IMG/VR virus record: IMGVR_UViG_3300018954_000017
Coordinates: 66,216-104,255 of that record
DNA length: 38,040 nucleotides
Source: a virus
Reading direction: 5' to 3' (one strand)
The notes under the pieces were generated by a model. It was not told the origin of the DNA. It made no database searches and saw nothing but the letters and a program-made list of their open reading frames with translations. How positions within the stretch are numbered: position 1 is the stretch's first letter; each line of letters starts with the position of its first letter. The position numbers were made by a program, and so were the translations under genes. Positions 17,794 through 26,903 of this stretch are shown here, piece by piece.

Positions 17794-18596
17794 TAGACTG
17801 CTACTGGCGCTGAGATGGCTGGGTGACTTTTGTAACCGACTAGTTTTATGTCATCAAAAACAAAATCATCAATATCGCTGACTGTTGGATTCAATTGTAG
17901 CTGAGGTAAAGCAAATGATGACCGCAAAAGCTGCTCTTGTACTTGTTCCATATGATTACGGTAGAGGTGCACGTCAACACCATAGCCTACTAACTGGTTA
18001 ACTCCCATACCGCAAACTTGAGCAATCATGTGAGTTAGTAATGCGTAACTAGCAATGTTGAATGGAGCACCCAAAAAGATATCCCACGAACGCATTAAAA
18101 AGAAACAAGAAAGTTCATTGTTACGGTTAACTCGAAATTGGAAATAGTTGTGACAAGGAGGCAGGGCGGCTTTTTGAATTTCGGCTGGATTCCAGGCTGA
18201 TACAATTATGCGACGAGAATTTGGATTGGTTTTTAATTGATAGATCGTTTCTGCAATTTGATCGATTCCTTGTCCGTTAAAATTTCGCCATTGTCTGCCA
18301 TAGACTGCGCCTAGATCGCCATTTTCGTCAGCCCACTCGTCCCAAATGTAAATTTTGTTTGATTGTAGCCAGTTCACATTTGTATTACCGTCAAGAAACC
18401 AGAGTAATTCTCCTACAACACCTTTCCAGTAAACTTTTTTTGTTGTTAGCAAAGGGAAGCCTTCTTTCAGGTTGAATCTTACTTCTTTGCCAAAACAAGC
18501 AATTGTTCCTACACCTGTACGATCGTCTGTTGCTTCTCCTTCATTTAGAATTTCTTCTATCAATTTGTGGTATTGAGCATCAACTGAGTTCAGCAT
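17793..18596 (-). CDS. thyA: thymidylate synthase
   Basis: DRTGVGT, FPLLTTK, SRRIIVSAWN, LPPCH, RSWDIFLGAPFN, HLYRNH. Confidence 0.98.
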   Translation of the reverse strand: MLNSVDAQYHKLIEEILNEGEATDDRTGVGTIACFGKEVRFNLKEGFPLLTTKKVYWKGVVGELLWFLDGNTNVNWLQSNKIYIWDEWADENGDLGAVYGRQWRNFNGQGIDQIAETIYQLKTNPNSRRIIVSAWNPAEIQKAALPPCHNYFQFRVNRNNELSCFFLMRSWDIFLGAPFNIASYALLTHMIAQVCGMGVNQLVGYGVDVHLYRNHMEQVQEQLLRSSFALPQLQLNPTVSDIDDFVFDDIKLVGYKSHPAISAPVAV

Positions 18597-18611
18597 TTTA
18601 ATCCCTCTAAA

Positions 18612-18806
18612 TTACAAACATTGCATTTCTGCTAAATGCTCCCGATAAGTCTCAAGATGCAATGGTATTCCGCCGCACTTCCCAATGATAGCTTCAGCTT
18701 CCTGTAGTGTCAATCGTGTTGCATCTAACTCAGACACTACCCATCCCTGTTGGGTGTCGGATTGACGATCTTCTTCAGCAAAAAACAATAGTCTATTTGA
18801 GTACAA
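18612..18806 (-). CDS. small hypothetical protein
   Basis: Co-oriented ORF between dut and thyA. Confidence 0.4.
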   Translation of the reverse strand: MYSNRLLFFAEEDRQSDTQQGWVVSELDATRLTLQEAEAIIGKCGGIPLHLETYREHLAEMQCL

Positions 18807-18959
18807 CTCATCTATTGATGAAGCTTTACCACGGATGTTTTAGACAACAACATAGATTCTGTTATTCGAGTTTGTACCCACTTCAACATCACCTTCTCTA
18901 TATTATCCATCGCAACTTTAGACTGAACTAAAGCCAACTCTAGTAGCTTTAGCTCTTTG

Positions 18960-19388
18960 TTAGACTCCTGTTGATCCGAATCCACCTGAACCTCGTTGAG
19001 TAGTTGATAAATCTTTAACAACTTCAATTTGGGGACGTAATACGGGGGCAATTACTAATTGAGCTATCTTCATTCCCTTTTCAACACCAAAGGGCATTTC
19101 TCCACGATTCTCCAAGATTACTCCAATCTCCCCTCGGTAACCCTCATCAACAGTCCCTGGCGCATTAGTAACGCTAATACCATGCTTCAGTGCCAATCCG
19201 CTTCTAGGGCGCACCTGAGCTTCTGTAGCAGGGAGTAATTGAATACTGATGCCAGTTTTAATCAACTTTCGCCCACCAACAGGAATTACTGCTGACTCGA
19301 CAGCAAATAAGTCCATTCCAGAATCATCGAGATGTGCATATTGCGGAACAATAGCATCATCAGTCAACTTCTGAATCTTTAGTATCAA
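18960..19388 (-). CDS. dut: trimeric dUTPase
   Basis: [48 protein letters not shown]. Confidence 0.97.
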   Translation of the reverse strand: MILKIQKLTDDAIVPQYAHLDDSGMDLFAVESAVIPVGGRKLIKTGISIQLLPATEAQVRPRSGLALKHGISVTNAPGTVDEGYRGEIGVILENRGEMPFGVEKGMKIAQLVIAPVLRPQIEVVKDLSTTQRGSGGFGSTGV

Positions 19389-19416
19389 CGGAACTCTCCT
19401 CTCATGTAACTAATCC

Positions 19417-19447
19417 AATCTTACTCACACCACACGCCGCCCGTCAA
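19417..19447 (-). promoter_or_regulatory. putative promoter of the dut-thyA-folA-nrdJ operon
   Basis: TTGACG-18 nt-TAAGAT on the minus strand upstream of dut. Confidence 0.45.
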
Positions 19448-19519
19448 GACTCACTTCGTTCGTGTAGCTAAACCCGATTAAAATTGTCTCAATTTCTAGA
19501 GTAAGTATAAGAGTCGGGT

Positions 19520-21685
19520 TTAGCTATCTGAGCGTAATGAAATGGAGCGAAGCTTCTTGAAAATTCTGGTTGGGTGAACAGCGTTATTTATCTTTCCTGC
19601 GTACCATTTGAACTCCTTTCCAGAGTATTCCCGTGTTTGCTCATCCCAACGAACAGTGTCCAAATGTTTAACTTTAATGGAACCGTAGTCACCTACGCCA
19701 ACGATTGTCACGGGACACAGCACACCTTTGCCAGTGTTGAATTGTGCTTCCTCCCCAATCTCATACATCTCACCATTAATTTCAATCGACTCTCCACCGC
19801 CGCTAATGTTCTCTGTAGTAGCCTCCGTTACCTCAACATCTACTATCACATCAGCAACAGCTGTAGCGCTCTCAGGGGCGGCTAGAGGCTCCTCAGCAAT
19901 CATTTCAATTACCTCGTCTTCCTCCTCCTCCTGATAGTCTAAATCAATAGTTTCCATCTGTTCTGCTAGAGCCGCATCAGCACCTTTGGGCATCGCGAGA
20001 GAAACTAGAGATTCTTCAACAGCAGGAAGATCAATGATAATTTCCGGGTGAGCATCTTCAGCCAGTTGTTTGGATTTCTTGCTTGACGTTCCATACTTTT
20101 CTGTCAAAGATTTCCAAGGATCATTCTGGGTGATGGGTGCTTGCTCAAACTTACTTTTGCCGCCAGAAGCAATACTAAATAGCCAACCCTTTTGCCAATC
20201 AACTCCCATACGGACTCTTCCGTTGGAGCCATCACGATTCTTCATCCACAGGAAATCAATGTATGCAGCATCGTGAAGTTTTTTGCGATCACCAAAATTG
20301 GGATGGTGCATCATCACTACTTGAGTAGCATGATGGTCAATTGTCTTGCAGTAGCTTAGGCAGTTGAGGCTATCGGGTTCTTTCCCGGCAGCTTTGGCGG
20401 TTTCTGTATCGTATTGCGCCAACGCAATAACTGTACAGTTATTCTCTAGAGCATAGTTACGAAGAAGCTGTGCAGCTTTGTCAATTTCCTGAACTTTAAA
20501 TTGGCTGGAGACGTTTGCCGCTAACAGTTGAAGGTAGTCAACAATTACTACCCGGAAACCTGTAAAATCATCTCCCATGTCTTCCCGGAACTCTGCTTCA
20601 GCCTCAGCAATTGATTTCTGAAACGAATCGTATGAGTTCTGATGGGGTTTTTTGATAGCAATAGGCAGGTTAGCGTACTCTTTCTGAAATTTACGAATTG
20701 ACTCTAGCTTCTCGTCAGAGATTGTCCCACTGCGGCTCATTGCTCCGGCACTAAAACCTAAAACTGGAGACATTACCCGCTCAACGACGGTCTGCTGAGT
20801 CATTTCTAGAGAAGCATACATTACCGTGTGCCCCTCTAATGCAAACTCACGAGCTAGACTAATTCCCGTCATTGACTTGCCGCATGAAGTAGGAGCAGCA
20901 ATGACAATAAAGTCTCCCGGAGCAAACCCCTGAGCCGCTTCGTTAAAGTCATACCAAGACCCAGTTTTGATAGTGCCGCTAGGCTTCTTGCCTTCAGCCT
21001 GGTCATTGAGGTCTGCTACATAATTGTTGAGTAGGCTACGAAAAGAAGATCCGCTCTTTTTCTTTTTGTTGTAAATTTCCTGTCTGACCTCAGAAATTCG
21101 TCGCTCAAGCTCGGCTAAAGCATCACTAGGTTCCATGTGCTGTACGGCAGCGTTTATCCCTTCAGAGCAAGCTCCAATGAGAGTCCGCTTGTGATATTTG
21201 GATAGGATTCTTTTAGCATAAATAGTTACGTGCTCTTCATCATGGGCGCTTTCGTACATCCTTGGCAAAAATTCTTGAAAGAACTCTTGGTTCTTCTCGT
21301 AAGTGTCTTGGAGGTGGCACTGGAGAACCGAGTACGCGACAGGCAAATGCTGCTGATGCATTCGCACCATAATCCGCCAGATGTCTTGCAACATCGGAAG
21401 ACCGAAGTGTTTTGGCTCAAGAATATTGGCAACCTTTAAATAGACATCCTGGGGTTTCTGGGATGTCAGGATACAGCTCATCACACCCCATTCGTCTTCA
21501 ATAGCTTCCGGGGCAACCAGTTGAGCTAAGTCCCGTAACTTGGGGATTTCTACCAAACTCTTCTCTTTGGTTTTATTGCCATTACCGAAGCCATATCCAC
21601 TTGCGTAAGCCATGTTTTGCCTCTCACTGTACATGTGGGTTTTCCCTGCGATTTCCATTCTAACATATTGATTGGTTTGCCTCAA
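19520..21685 (-). CDS. dnaB: DnaB-like replicative helicase with acidic C-terminal extension
   Basis: Walker A AAPTSCGKS, SLEM, VIVDYLQL, IALAQ, KNRDG, plus a DnaB-type N-terminal domain. Confidence 0.9.
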   Translation of the reverse strand: MRQTNQYVRMEIAGKTHMYSERQNMAYASGYGFGNGNKTKEKSLVEIPKLRDLAQLVAPEAIEDEWGVMSCILTSQKPQDVYLKVANILEPKHFGLPMLQDIWRIMVRMHQQHLPVAYSVLQCHLQDTYEKNQEFFQEFLPRMYESAHDEEHVTIYAKRILSKYHKRTLIGACSEGINAAVQHMEPSDALAELERRISEVRQEIYNKKKKSGSSFRSLLNNYVADLNDQAEGKKPSGTIKTGSWYDFNEAAQGFAPGDFIVIAAPTSCGKSMTGISLAREFALEGHTVMYASLEMTQQTVVERVMSPVLGFSAGAMSRSGTISDEKLESIRKFQKEYANLPIAIKKPHQNSYDSFQKSIAEAEAEFREDMGDDFTGFRVVIVDYLQLLAANVSSQFKVQEIDKAAQLLRNYALENNCTVIALAQYDTETAKAAGKEPDSLNCLSYCKTIDHHATQVVMMHHPNFGDRKKLHDAAYIDFLWMKNRDGSNGRVRMGVDWQKGWLFSIASGGKSKFEQAPITQNDPWKSLTEKYGTSSKKSKQLAEDAHPEIIIDLPAVEESLVSLAMPKGADAALAEQMETIDLDYQEEEEDEVIEMIAEEPLAAPESATAVADVIVDVEVTEATTENISGGGESIEINGEMYEIGEEAQFNTGKGVLCPVTIVGVGDYGSIKVKHLDTVRWDEQTREYSGKEFKWYAGKINNAVHPTRIFKKLRSISLRSDS

Positions 21686-21737
21686 CCATCATCCTCGAAA
21701 TAAAGTTTGATGATGGTGTAAGATGACCTTGACAGAT

Positions 21738-22901
21738 TTACGATCCCGCTTCAAGCCTTGCCTTCTGCTGATTTCGGACTTTCTGTCGTTCCGCTTCTCG
21801 CTCAATGCAGGTCATCCGAAACTCATGCGACGGTTGTCCTACCAGTCGCCGCAATAGCATACTATAGACTTCAGGATCTAGTTGAGCCGCATCCAAAGCT
21901 TCAGCCTCATCAATACTCAACATTGCTTCAAGATTTTCATCTTGGTCTTCTGTGGCTACCGTTACCATTCGCTCCTGCTCTTGTTGTGCTTTAGCTTCGT
22001 GTGCAGTCTTTAGCTCGGCTTGATCAAACATTGCCACAATGTAGCGATATTTTTCTCCACCATCACGAAGATTGTTAAGCATGATTGAATAGAACATACC
22101 GGGGTTATCTAGTCCACCGTTGGACTTCAGATAGACTCCCCAGAACCAGGCATTAAACCTCGTATACCGTTCTTTCCCGCCAAATAACTCATATCTCCAC
22201 TGATTGTCTCGCTCTAGCTTCTCTTGCCGCTCTTGTTCGGCTTTAGATTTGGCTTCGGCACGTAATCGCTTCTCCTCCTGTTTTTGAGCTTTCTCAGCTT
22301 CAATCTCTTCAGCAGTCTTCTTACGTGCTTTAGCTGGTTTAGGTGACTCTACAGTTACTATAGATGCCACTGGATCGGGAATTGATTGGATTTGTTGGGG
22401 AATCAGTTGATCGTCCTCGTCATGTGGTACGGGTCTTTCGGGGCGGACGCGATCCTTAAGAGAGGAAGCTTGAATGAGTTCGGTAAGCTCACGGTCTAAA
22501 AGCTCGTCGTTACGAATATAGTAGGTCAGGTTGTGCTTTCTATCTATGAAACTGGCGTAGTAATATTCCGTCTCATTACCTTGAGAGTCTTTCTGAACAA
22601 ACTTGTTCTCAGTCGCCATGAACTGACTCTTGGACTTGTAAACAATGCCGATCGCGCTGAATGCTGTACGAAACTCATCTTTGCTCATTCCCAACTCTTC
22701 AGTCCAAGAATCGCCCTCGTTGTACTTGTAATGATTCGGGGCTGGTTCTATGAATTTCCAGAAACTTGAATACTTATCAAACCAAAAGTCTAGCTGCTGT
22801 AGCAAGAGCGCACTATTGATGCTTTTGACCAGTGGTAGTCGGCGGAATTCTGGATTGTAGGGAATAATTCTTCGACTGAATGCAGCAAGACGGGTTTTCA
22901 T
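21738..22901 (-). CDS. putative replication initiator (second Rep-like protein)
   Basis: SINSALLLQQLDFW...GDSWTEELGMS resembles phage wHTH initiators. Immediately upstream of dnaB. Confidence 0.6.
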   Translation of the reverse strand: MKTRLAAFSRRIIPYNPEFRRLPLVKSINSALLLQQLDFWFDKYSSFWKFIEPAPNHYKYNEGDSWTEELGMSKDEFRTAFSAIGIVYKSKSQFMATENKFVQKDSQGNETEYYYASFIDRKHNLTYYIRNDELLDRELTELIQASSLKDRVRPERPVPHDEDDQLIPQQIQSIPDPVASIVTVESPKPAKARKKTAEEIEAEKAQKQEEKRLRAEAKSKAEQERQEKLERDNQWRYELFGGKERYTRFNAWFWGVYLKSNGGLDNPGMFYSIMLNNLRDGGEKYRYIVAMFDQAELKTAHEAKAQQEQERMVTVATEDQDENLEAMLSIDEAEALDAAQLDPEVYSMLLRRLVGQPSHEFRMTCIEREAERQKVRNQQKARLEAGS

Positions 22902-22981
22902 GTTATAGTTGTCCTGTATTCACTATACGTATTCTAACGCATCCGGAAGTTCGCTGCAACTCGGATGCGTTTTGCTATTTA

Positions 22982-23737
22982 TCAGTCTTCGCCAGACTCT
23001 AGCAAGCCAAGGAACCGATTGACAGCGGGAAGAGCTGAGGGGTCGTTCTTTTTGAGATAATGGAGTAATTGGTTGTGGCAGTAGGTGACATCAAACCATT
23101 CTCGGAAATCCGGCAACAATTGCAACGGATAGATGTAGGCTTTGACTGGATACGGCTGACCTGGATACCAGTGGTCGTATTTGCGGCAGACTTGCTTTGG
23201 TTCAACCTTCAACACTTTTCTCATGTAGTTGCACCAGCAAGATCCGATTGAGATATCGATAGTCAGATGATCTGGAATAGTATACCCGTGCGTCTCAAGC
23301 TGACCAACGAGTTCTGCTGTTTCGCTAAAAACACAAAAGTAACCTGTAGGAATCTTTCCAGTTCGTTTGTGAAAGAGGACTAGACGCTGATAGAAGCGGG
23401 GTGCTTGAGAAGATTGCTGACAGGCTTTGCGCCACCGTCGTTCAATCTCAAGATAGTATTTGCGAACTTCGCGACCAAAATCTGTCTCTGCCATCATGCA
23501 CATTTGCTTAAAACAATCTGATGTCAGAAGGTAGTCTATCGATTGTGAAGACCTCCGCTTTAAAGTGGAGTAGTCCATTCCCTCTTCAAAGTTTTTTCTC
23601 AAAGAGCGGACAGCAACATCTTTGCGAGAATAAACCCCAATATCAATCAACAAATTCAAATCAACGATGCACTCGTCATTAGCTTCAAGAAAACCGACAA
23701 TCATTGATTCAGTCAGTATCACAGATGGATCAAACAT
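22982..23737 (-). CDS. AntA/AntB-like antirepressor / DNA-binding protein
   Basis: FEEGMDY...DYLLTSDCFKQMCMMAETDFGREVRKYYLEIE. The likely start is MFDPSV (23737, AGGA RBS) rather than 23848. Confidence 0.7.
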   Translation of the reverse strand: MFDPSVILTESMIVGFLEANDECIVDLNLLIDIGVYSRKDVAVRSLRKNFEEGMDYSTLKRRSSQSIDYLLTSDCFKQMCMMAETDFGREVRKYYLEIERRWRKACQQSSQAPRFYQRLVLFHKRTGKIPTGYFCVFSETAELVGQLETHGYTIPDHLTIDISIGSCWCNYMRKVLKVEPKQVCRKYDHWYPGQPYPVKAYIYPLQLLPDFREWFDVTYCHNQLLHYLKKNDPSALPAVNRFLGLLESGED

Positions 23738-23846
23738 GATAGAATATCCTAAGAAACGACAGATAGCCACTGGAGGCGCTAGTTGACAATTGCATTCTCC
23801 AGCGGCTATTGCTATACTAACACATATATAGTTCAAAATGAACGCC

Positions 23847-23993
23847 ATGAGAAATCAAAAATCTTTTACGATTCGGATGTCTGAGTGGCACCTTGAAACC
23901 CTGAAAGCTTATGCTGAAAGTCAAGATAAAACCATGACCCAAGCAATCAAAGATTTAATTGCCCAGACATCTCGTACCCAACAAGCATTATAG
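23847..23993 (+). CDS. ribbon-helix-helix (CopG/Arc-like) small regulator
   Basis: Hand translation: MRNQKSFTIRMSEWHLETLKAYAESQDKTMTQAIKDLIAQ... TTGCAT-17-TATACT lies upstream and a terminator hairpin at ~24015-24044. Confidence 0.65.
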   Translation: MRNQKSFTIRMSEWHLETLKAYAESQDKTMTQAIKDLIAQTSRTQQAL

Positions 23994-24055
23994 CCAAACC
24001 ACAACCTCTCCTGCGCCCTCTAGATTCGCTCTAGGGGGCTTTTTAGGGGCGCTGC

Positions 24056-24556
24056 GTGGGATTGGGTGGTCGGCAGGTTGATGTGGCTTCACGGGGCTTG
24101 TGGGCGAGTATGGTCGGCTGGCGAAATTGGCGGCGGCGAAATCGTATTTAAAAGGTTGACCCTATACCTATATCAAAGACGGGTAGTTTAAGTTCTTATC
24201 TTCGTTCAATATCACTAGCCCGTTATCTATATCTCCAAATTCGATGATGGTAAGTAAGGTAAGGCTTTGCCTTGTGAGCAATAGCGAACAAAACCTACAT
24301 CTTTCTGCGTAGGCGTGAGCAAGAACGAGTCTATTGAGCGACGGAGACGGGCTAACCTCGTAACCTTAGTGAAGAGGTTAGCCCAAGCGACCGAGCGCGT
24401 GATCTACGAGAAATCTTTCTTCAATCTGCCCAACTCGCCCTGTTCGAGCGTTTACGCGAGATAGTTAGATCTTATTTTATGTAATGTACTCTATGTATAT
24501 AAGTAAATTGGCTTTCCCGATTTACAGTAAATCGACTTTTCCTATTTACAGTAAAT
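24056..24556 (-). repeat. origin-like repeat module, copy A (inverted relative to 35053-35522; homologous to ~1505-1795)
   Basis: Reverse complement is near-identical to ~35071-35340 and similar beyond. Carries 24-bp iterons, an AT-rich tract and hairpins. Confidence 0.9.
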
Positions 24557-24801
24557 GCCGCTCTGATACTAGGTTTCGGCATTTTCAACCCTCAAAGTTC
24601 GGTTGAGTACACTTCCAATAGGTAGCTATAGCGTTACGATAGGTGCATTGGTTTTGTGGGATTTGCCATGAGACGGAACTACTGCGGTTCAGTAATAACG
24701 AGAAGCGAGTGTGACATTAAAAAAATCCCGCTCCCGTAGATTTCAATGAATCAGCGATGAAACAAAGAGAACCTACATACTAAACTCACCACTACACTAA
24801 A

Positions 24802-24833
24802 TACCCCGGTATCCAAGTGAGGACGCCGGGGTT
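24802..24833 (-). terminator. hairpin terminator downstream of the TROVE gene
   Basis: ACCCCGGTATCC-aagtga-GGACGCCGGGGT; the mismatches become G-U pairs in the minus-strand RNA. Confidence 0.6.
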
Positions 24834-24856
24834 AAACTTTGGATGAGTTTAGTATG

Positions 24857-26446
24857 CTACAGTGTTCCTTCAGCAATCATTTGAATGACTTTAGGAGCAC
24901 TAGGATCAAAGCCAGCGATATCGTAGCTCAGAGGATCACTGGGGTCTACCTGAGTGATATTGTAAGGTGCTAGGGAGATATAAACTGCTTTGGCATTAGG
25001 GTTGATTTGCCGACGATATCTGTCAAGTGCTTGTGATGGGTGCTGATAGCCAGCGAAAGACTCATTGTCTGTCCAGGTACAGAAAACATCCACATGAATC
25101 TTGTTATTAGTTGCCCATTGGTACGCCAATGAAGCATCAGTTGAACCAAAGTTGTTCTTGCGGGTTTTGGCGACGGCATTAGTAAAGCTATCGCTTGCTG
25201 TAATGCCAAGGTCAACGAATTGGTGAGAAAAACCCCGAATGATATAGTTGCGTTCTGCCTTAGCCGTTGCAAGCGCCATTGTTGCTGCTACCTCACAGCA
25301 GGCAATATCGGCACCACCACTGACGGTTGAACTCATGCTGGCTGAGACATCAATTGCATGCATAAAAACCTTGCCCGTTGGCGCTTGAGTCTCAAACGAA
25401 AGGTTCAGAGCCTTGTCTAGAATGTCCACAATTCTTGGTACTGGAGTCCACGTCTTCTGCGAACGACCGAGACTGCCGCCGCTGGAGTAAGTCTTAAGTG
25501 CCTTTAGCACATCAATTGGATGAATTCGAGCGGATCGGAGGGTATCAGGATTGTTAAGTTTTTGTTCAACCAAATCCAGATTACCAATCTTGTCGAATCT
25601 CAACACTCCAATCTCTGTTAATGAACCTAGATTTCGCAGTAACGCTGTCATTGGCATGCTATTGAATAGCTCCTGCCAGACTTCGGGGGTCATTCTGGTA
25701 ATTCCAGAGCACATTTCGTGCGTAAGCCGACCTTGGCGAATTGCCTGTACTCCATCATCAGGGTTGCGCTTGAGATATTCAAACCACCAAAGTTGATGGA
25801 GTTCGGGGTCTACGTCATAAATACTTGGTAACTCATTCCAACCGTCAATAATCCAACTGAATAGATTCTGGTGATTGCCCGTTGCTTTGGGCTTGAACAA
25901 CCTCAATACATCTTTGTTACTGTACCCATTCCTTTGCTGGTACTTGAGCAATTGATAGGCTAATGCTTTAGGTTCTTTACTCAACCAACTTAACCCAGCT
26001 TCCTTAACTAGCCGCCCCATACCCCGTACCTGCTTGGTATATGACAGCCACTCATACAAATGAGAACCAGTCCGCACAACTTGTGGGAAAATTTCTTTAA
26101 ATGCCGTTTTAGCTTCTTTAGAGGCATCGGCACTCAATAGCACTAATGCGAATATTGGTGCACTATTGTTAATCGAATGTCCGTCAGAGGCATACAGGAT
26201 TTCTTCTGCAACCTTTCTAGGATCACGAGAAATGGCTTTTTTCACAACCTCTATGAACTCTCCCGTCAATTCTCGCTTTCCAGCATAGTATGTTGACTGA
26301 CTTGTTCCGATGAGCAGGCACCGACGCAACTGTTGCCAGACATCAGCTTCAAACGCCATTGCACCACTCCGACCGCGAATCATGGCTTTGTTGGGAATTG
26401 GTTCAGTTTGAGGGGTTGATTGATTGAAATAGAATGCGTAGTTCAT
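24857..26446 (-). CDS. Ro60 / TROVE-domain RNA-binding protein (Rsr-like) with C-terminal vWA domain
   Basis: TPQTEPIP, RRCLLIGT..TYY, YQLLKYQQRNGYSNKDVLRL, MPMTALLRNLG, RIHP, vWA DVSASM, TDNES, GFD. AGGAGA RBS. Confidence 0.95.
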   Translation of the reverse strand: MNYAFYFNQSTPQTEPIPNKAMIRGRSGAMAFEADVWQQLRRCLLIGTSQSTYYAGKRELTGEFIEVVKKAISRDPRKVAEEILYASDGHSINNSAPIFALVLLSADASKEAKTAFKEIFPQVVRTGSHLYEWLSYTKQVRGMGRLVKEAGLSWLSKEPKALAYQLLKYQQRNGYSNKDVLRLFKPKATGNHQNLFSWIIDGWNELPSIYDVDPELHQLWWFEYLKRNPDDGVQAIRQGRLTHEMCSGITRMTPEVWQELFNSMPMTALLRNLGSLTEIGVLRFDKIGNLDLVEQKLNNPDTLRSARIHPIDVLKALKTYSSGGSLGRSQKTWTPVPRIVDILDKALNLSFETQAPTGKVFMHAIDVSASMSSTVSGGADIACCEVAATMALATAKAERNYIIRGFSHQFVDLGITASDSFTNAVAKTRKNNFGSTDASLAYQWATNNKIHVDVFCTWTDNESFAGYQHPSQALDRYRRQINPNAKAVYISLAPYNITQVDPSDPLSYDIAGFDPSAPKVIQMIAEGTL

Positions 26447-26504
26447 AAATCTCTCCTATATATGACAAGTGGCGCACTCCATCCGAAGATAAAGTACGCC
26501 ACAA

Positions 26505-26632
26505 AGCCGAGAGCAGGACTCGAACCTGCATATCCCGCGTGGAAGGCGATAACCTCAAATCATTCGGCTCCGAGAGGAGCAAGTTGTAGACTCAAGATGT
26601 TTTAGGTGTCCTAACCATTAGACGATCTCGGC
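26505..26632 (-). tRNA. tRNA-Gly(TCC)-like gene with a 56-nt Y-RNA-like insert (26549-26604) in the anticodon stem
   Basis: GCCGAGA TC GTCT-AATGGTTA-GGAC A CC[insert]CGC CTTCCAC GCGGG ATAT GCAGG-TTCGAGT-CCTGC TCTCGGC T. A full cloverleaf once the insert is removed. Confidence 0.85.
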
Positions 26633-26635
26633 ATT

Positions 26636-26764
26636 TGGGACTGAGGACGGGACTCGAACCCGCAACCAGGGCATTATAAGTGCGATAATCTCATCAATTC
26701 AGCTCTTACAAGCAAGATATTAGACAAGAATTTTTACCTGCTCTGCCAATTGAGCTACCTCAGT
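26636..26764 (-). tRNA. tRNA-Ile(TAT)-like gene with encoded CCA and a 53-nt Y-RNA-like insert (26684-26736) in the anticodon stem
   Basis: ACTGAGG TA GCTC-AATTGGCA-GAGC A GG[insert]GCA CTTATAA TGCCC TGGTT GCGGG-TTCGAGT-CCCGT CCTCAGT C CCA. Confidence 0.85.
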
Positions 26765-26772
26765 CAAGTTTG

Positions 26773-26895
26773 GGCTGATGATAGGATTTGAACCTATAAC
26801 CCAAAACTACCTGATAACCTCCATCTGTCGGCTCTATTGAGCAAGGGGTTTGACGAAGATAATGTTTTTGTTCTACCAGATTGAACTACACCAGC
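26773..26895 (-). ncRNA. tRNA-like RNA whose anticodon loop is replaced by the Y-RNA-like insert
   Basis: GCTGGTG TA GTTC-AATCTGGTA-GAAC A AAAAC[insert]GTTTT GGGTT ATAGG-TTCAAAT-CCTAT CATCAGC C. No canonical anticodon loop. Confidence 0.8.
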
Positions 26896-26903
26896 CATGT
26901 GAG

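Noticed and set aside
23738-23848. N-terminal extension of the antirepressor ORF given by the ORF track
   Set aside because: It overlaps a divergent promoter and inverted repeat, and a better RBS and ATG exist at 23737.
26420-26605. 61-aa plus-strand ORF
   Set aside because: It is an antisense shadow of the tRNA-like gene.
26549-26736. Group I/II or BHB-type introns in the tRNAs
   Set aside because: The inserts are only 53-56 nt, lack catalytic-core motifs and show no clear bulge-helix-bulge.
26575-26834. Reading the array as canonical YrlA genes (Ro stem > T arm > closed acceptor > D arm > Ro stem) spanning adjacent units
   Set aside because: The acceptor halves of neighbouring units do not pair (CATCAGC vs ACTGAGG; CCTCAGT vs GCCGAGA), while halves within each tRNA-ordered unit pair fully.
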